From assembly GCA_018656065.1 (NCBI GenBank), contig JABHZY010000017.1:20873-84872 (forward strand): DNA of 64,000 bases, written 5' to 3'. Made by a program: the position numbers and the translations under genes. The notes under the pieces were generated by a model, which searched no databases, had not been told where the DNA came from, and saw nothing but the letters and a program-made list of their open reading frames with translations. Within the stretch, counting starts at the first letter, position 1, and each line of letters opens with the position of its first letter. The stretch is from Candidatus Komeilibacteria bacterium. GTDB lineage: Bacteria; Patescibacteriota; Patescibacteriia; UBA1558; GWA2-36-10. Shown here piece by piece: positions 63,371 through 64,000 of the stretch.

Positions 63371-63793
63371 ATGAAAGAATATATAGCTAAAAATCAAGCA
63401 GCCACAGAAGAAATAGCCACTAAACTAGCCACAGAGCTAAAGGGCGGCGAGCTTTTGGCATTGAGTGGAAATTTAGGAGCTGGCAAAACAGTTTTTGTTC
63501 AAGCTTTAGCCAAGGCTTTGGGCATAGAAGAGAATATTACTAGTCCAACTTTTGTATTAATGAAGATTTATGATATAGAACATCAAGCGGCTAACAAGTT
63601 CGTGCACGTTGATTGTTATCGGCTGTCCACGCAAGAAGATTTATTTGAAATTGGTTTAGGAGATTACTTAAATTATGATAATATAATAGTAGCTATTGAA
63701 TGGGCAGATAAGATAGCTAATTTACCAGACACAGCTATTAAAATTCATATAGAATTAATAGAAGATGAGCAAAGAAAAATAACAATAACTTAA
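63371..63793 (+). CDS. tsaE: tRNA t6A biosynthesis ATPase TsaE
   Basis: P-loop GNLGAGKT and HVDCYRL. Confidence 0.9.
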   Translation: MKEYIAKNQAATEEIATKLATELKGGELLALSGNLGAGKTVFVQALAKALGIEENITSPTFVLMKIYDIEHQAANKFVHVDCYRLSTQEDLFEIGLGDYLNYDNIIVAIEWADKIANLPDTAIKIHIELIEDEQRKITIT

Positions 63794-63795
63794 TT

Positions 63796-64000
63796 ATGGC
63801 CAAGAAATTAGAAGAAATGGATAAGGCATACGAGCCGAGTAAATACGAAGACGATATATACAAGATTTGGGAAGAGTCTGGCTTTTTTAATCCAGATAAT
63901 TTAGATACTAAAGGCAAAGCTTTTACTATTTCTATGCCGCCGCCTAATGCTACTGGAATTTTGCACCTTGGTCATGCAGCTGCTTTAGCTTATGAAGATT
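63796..64000 (+). CDS. valS: Valyl-tRNA synthetase, 3' end cut by window edge
   Basis: From ATG 63796 the frame is open to the window end. Sequence: MAKKLEEMDKAYEPSKYEDDIYKIWEESGFF...SMPPPNATGILHLGH (HIGH region). Confidence 0.88.
   Translation, partial: MAKKLEEMDKAYEPSKYEDDIYKIWEESGFFNPDNLDTKGKAFTISMPPPNATGILHLGHAAALAYED

Overview
This is a 64-kb, gene-dense, very AT-rich bacterial chromosome segment. Hand-counted 60-nt lines in ordinary genes are about 27-33% GC. The genetic code is standard, since TGA is used as a stop. The gene content suggests a Candidate Phyla Radiation / Patescibacteria (Parcubacteria-like) genome, which is an inference. It includes compact housekeeping genes, four tandem VirB2/TrbC-like 'T4SS-pilin' minigenes, a type IV pilin, many GT-C/DUF2079 membrane glycosyltransferase-like proteins, and no LPS or outer-membrane biogenesis genes.

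Housekeeping genes I can support: ftsK (5' partial), recA, yebC, ruvC, tyrS, PBP1A, truB (fused), rpsT, holA, polA, suhB-like, tig, hppA, nusA, yraN, glmS, cspA, trmB, tsaD, tsaE and valS (3' partial). There are four tRNAs, Gly-GCC, Leu-UAA, Cys-GCA and Glu-UUC, all with encoded CCA.

Accessory blocks:
- 5.3-18.7 kb: an envelope/protein glycosylation block (Wzx-like flippase, Wzy_C/PglL-like ligase, GalU, GT2, DUF2079, two GT-C proteins, one with an STT3-like signature). It is interrupted by an orphan solute-binding lipoprotein and the four-gene pilin array.
- 20-30.7 kb: a non-classical alpha-glucan cluster (two GlgA, GH57-like, APH-fold kinase, P-loop kinase, second DUF2079, ROK glucokinase, GDE/invertase-like GH, GalT-like HIT transferase). 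No glgC, glgB or glgP is in the window.
- 55.4-59.7 kb: two secreted FN3-repeat proteins flanking a thioredoxin-CcdA fusion.

The strongest anomaly is a 1.7-kb island at 60.49-62.2 kb, with counted lines of 55-68% GC. It encodes a signal-peptide beta-barrel-like protein ending in Phe plus a 106-aa ORFan, has its own SD sites and GC-rich terminator, and sits between trmB and tsaD.

Other notable signals are a structured non-coding region with an Arg-rich sORF upstream of a compositionally atypical ORFan (3.6-4.5 kb), a long hairpin element abutting tRNA-Leu that shares a GC-rich motif with a distant terminator, and a recurrent leaderless-type promoter layout (TGnTATAAT 6-9 nt before ATG). No CRISPR array, rRNA, transposase or integrase was seen.
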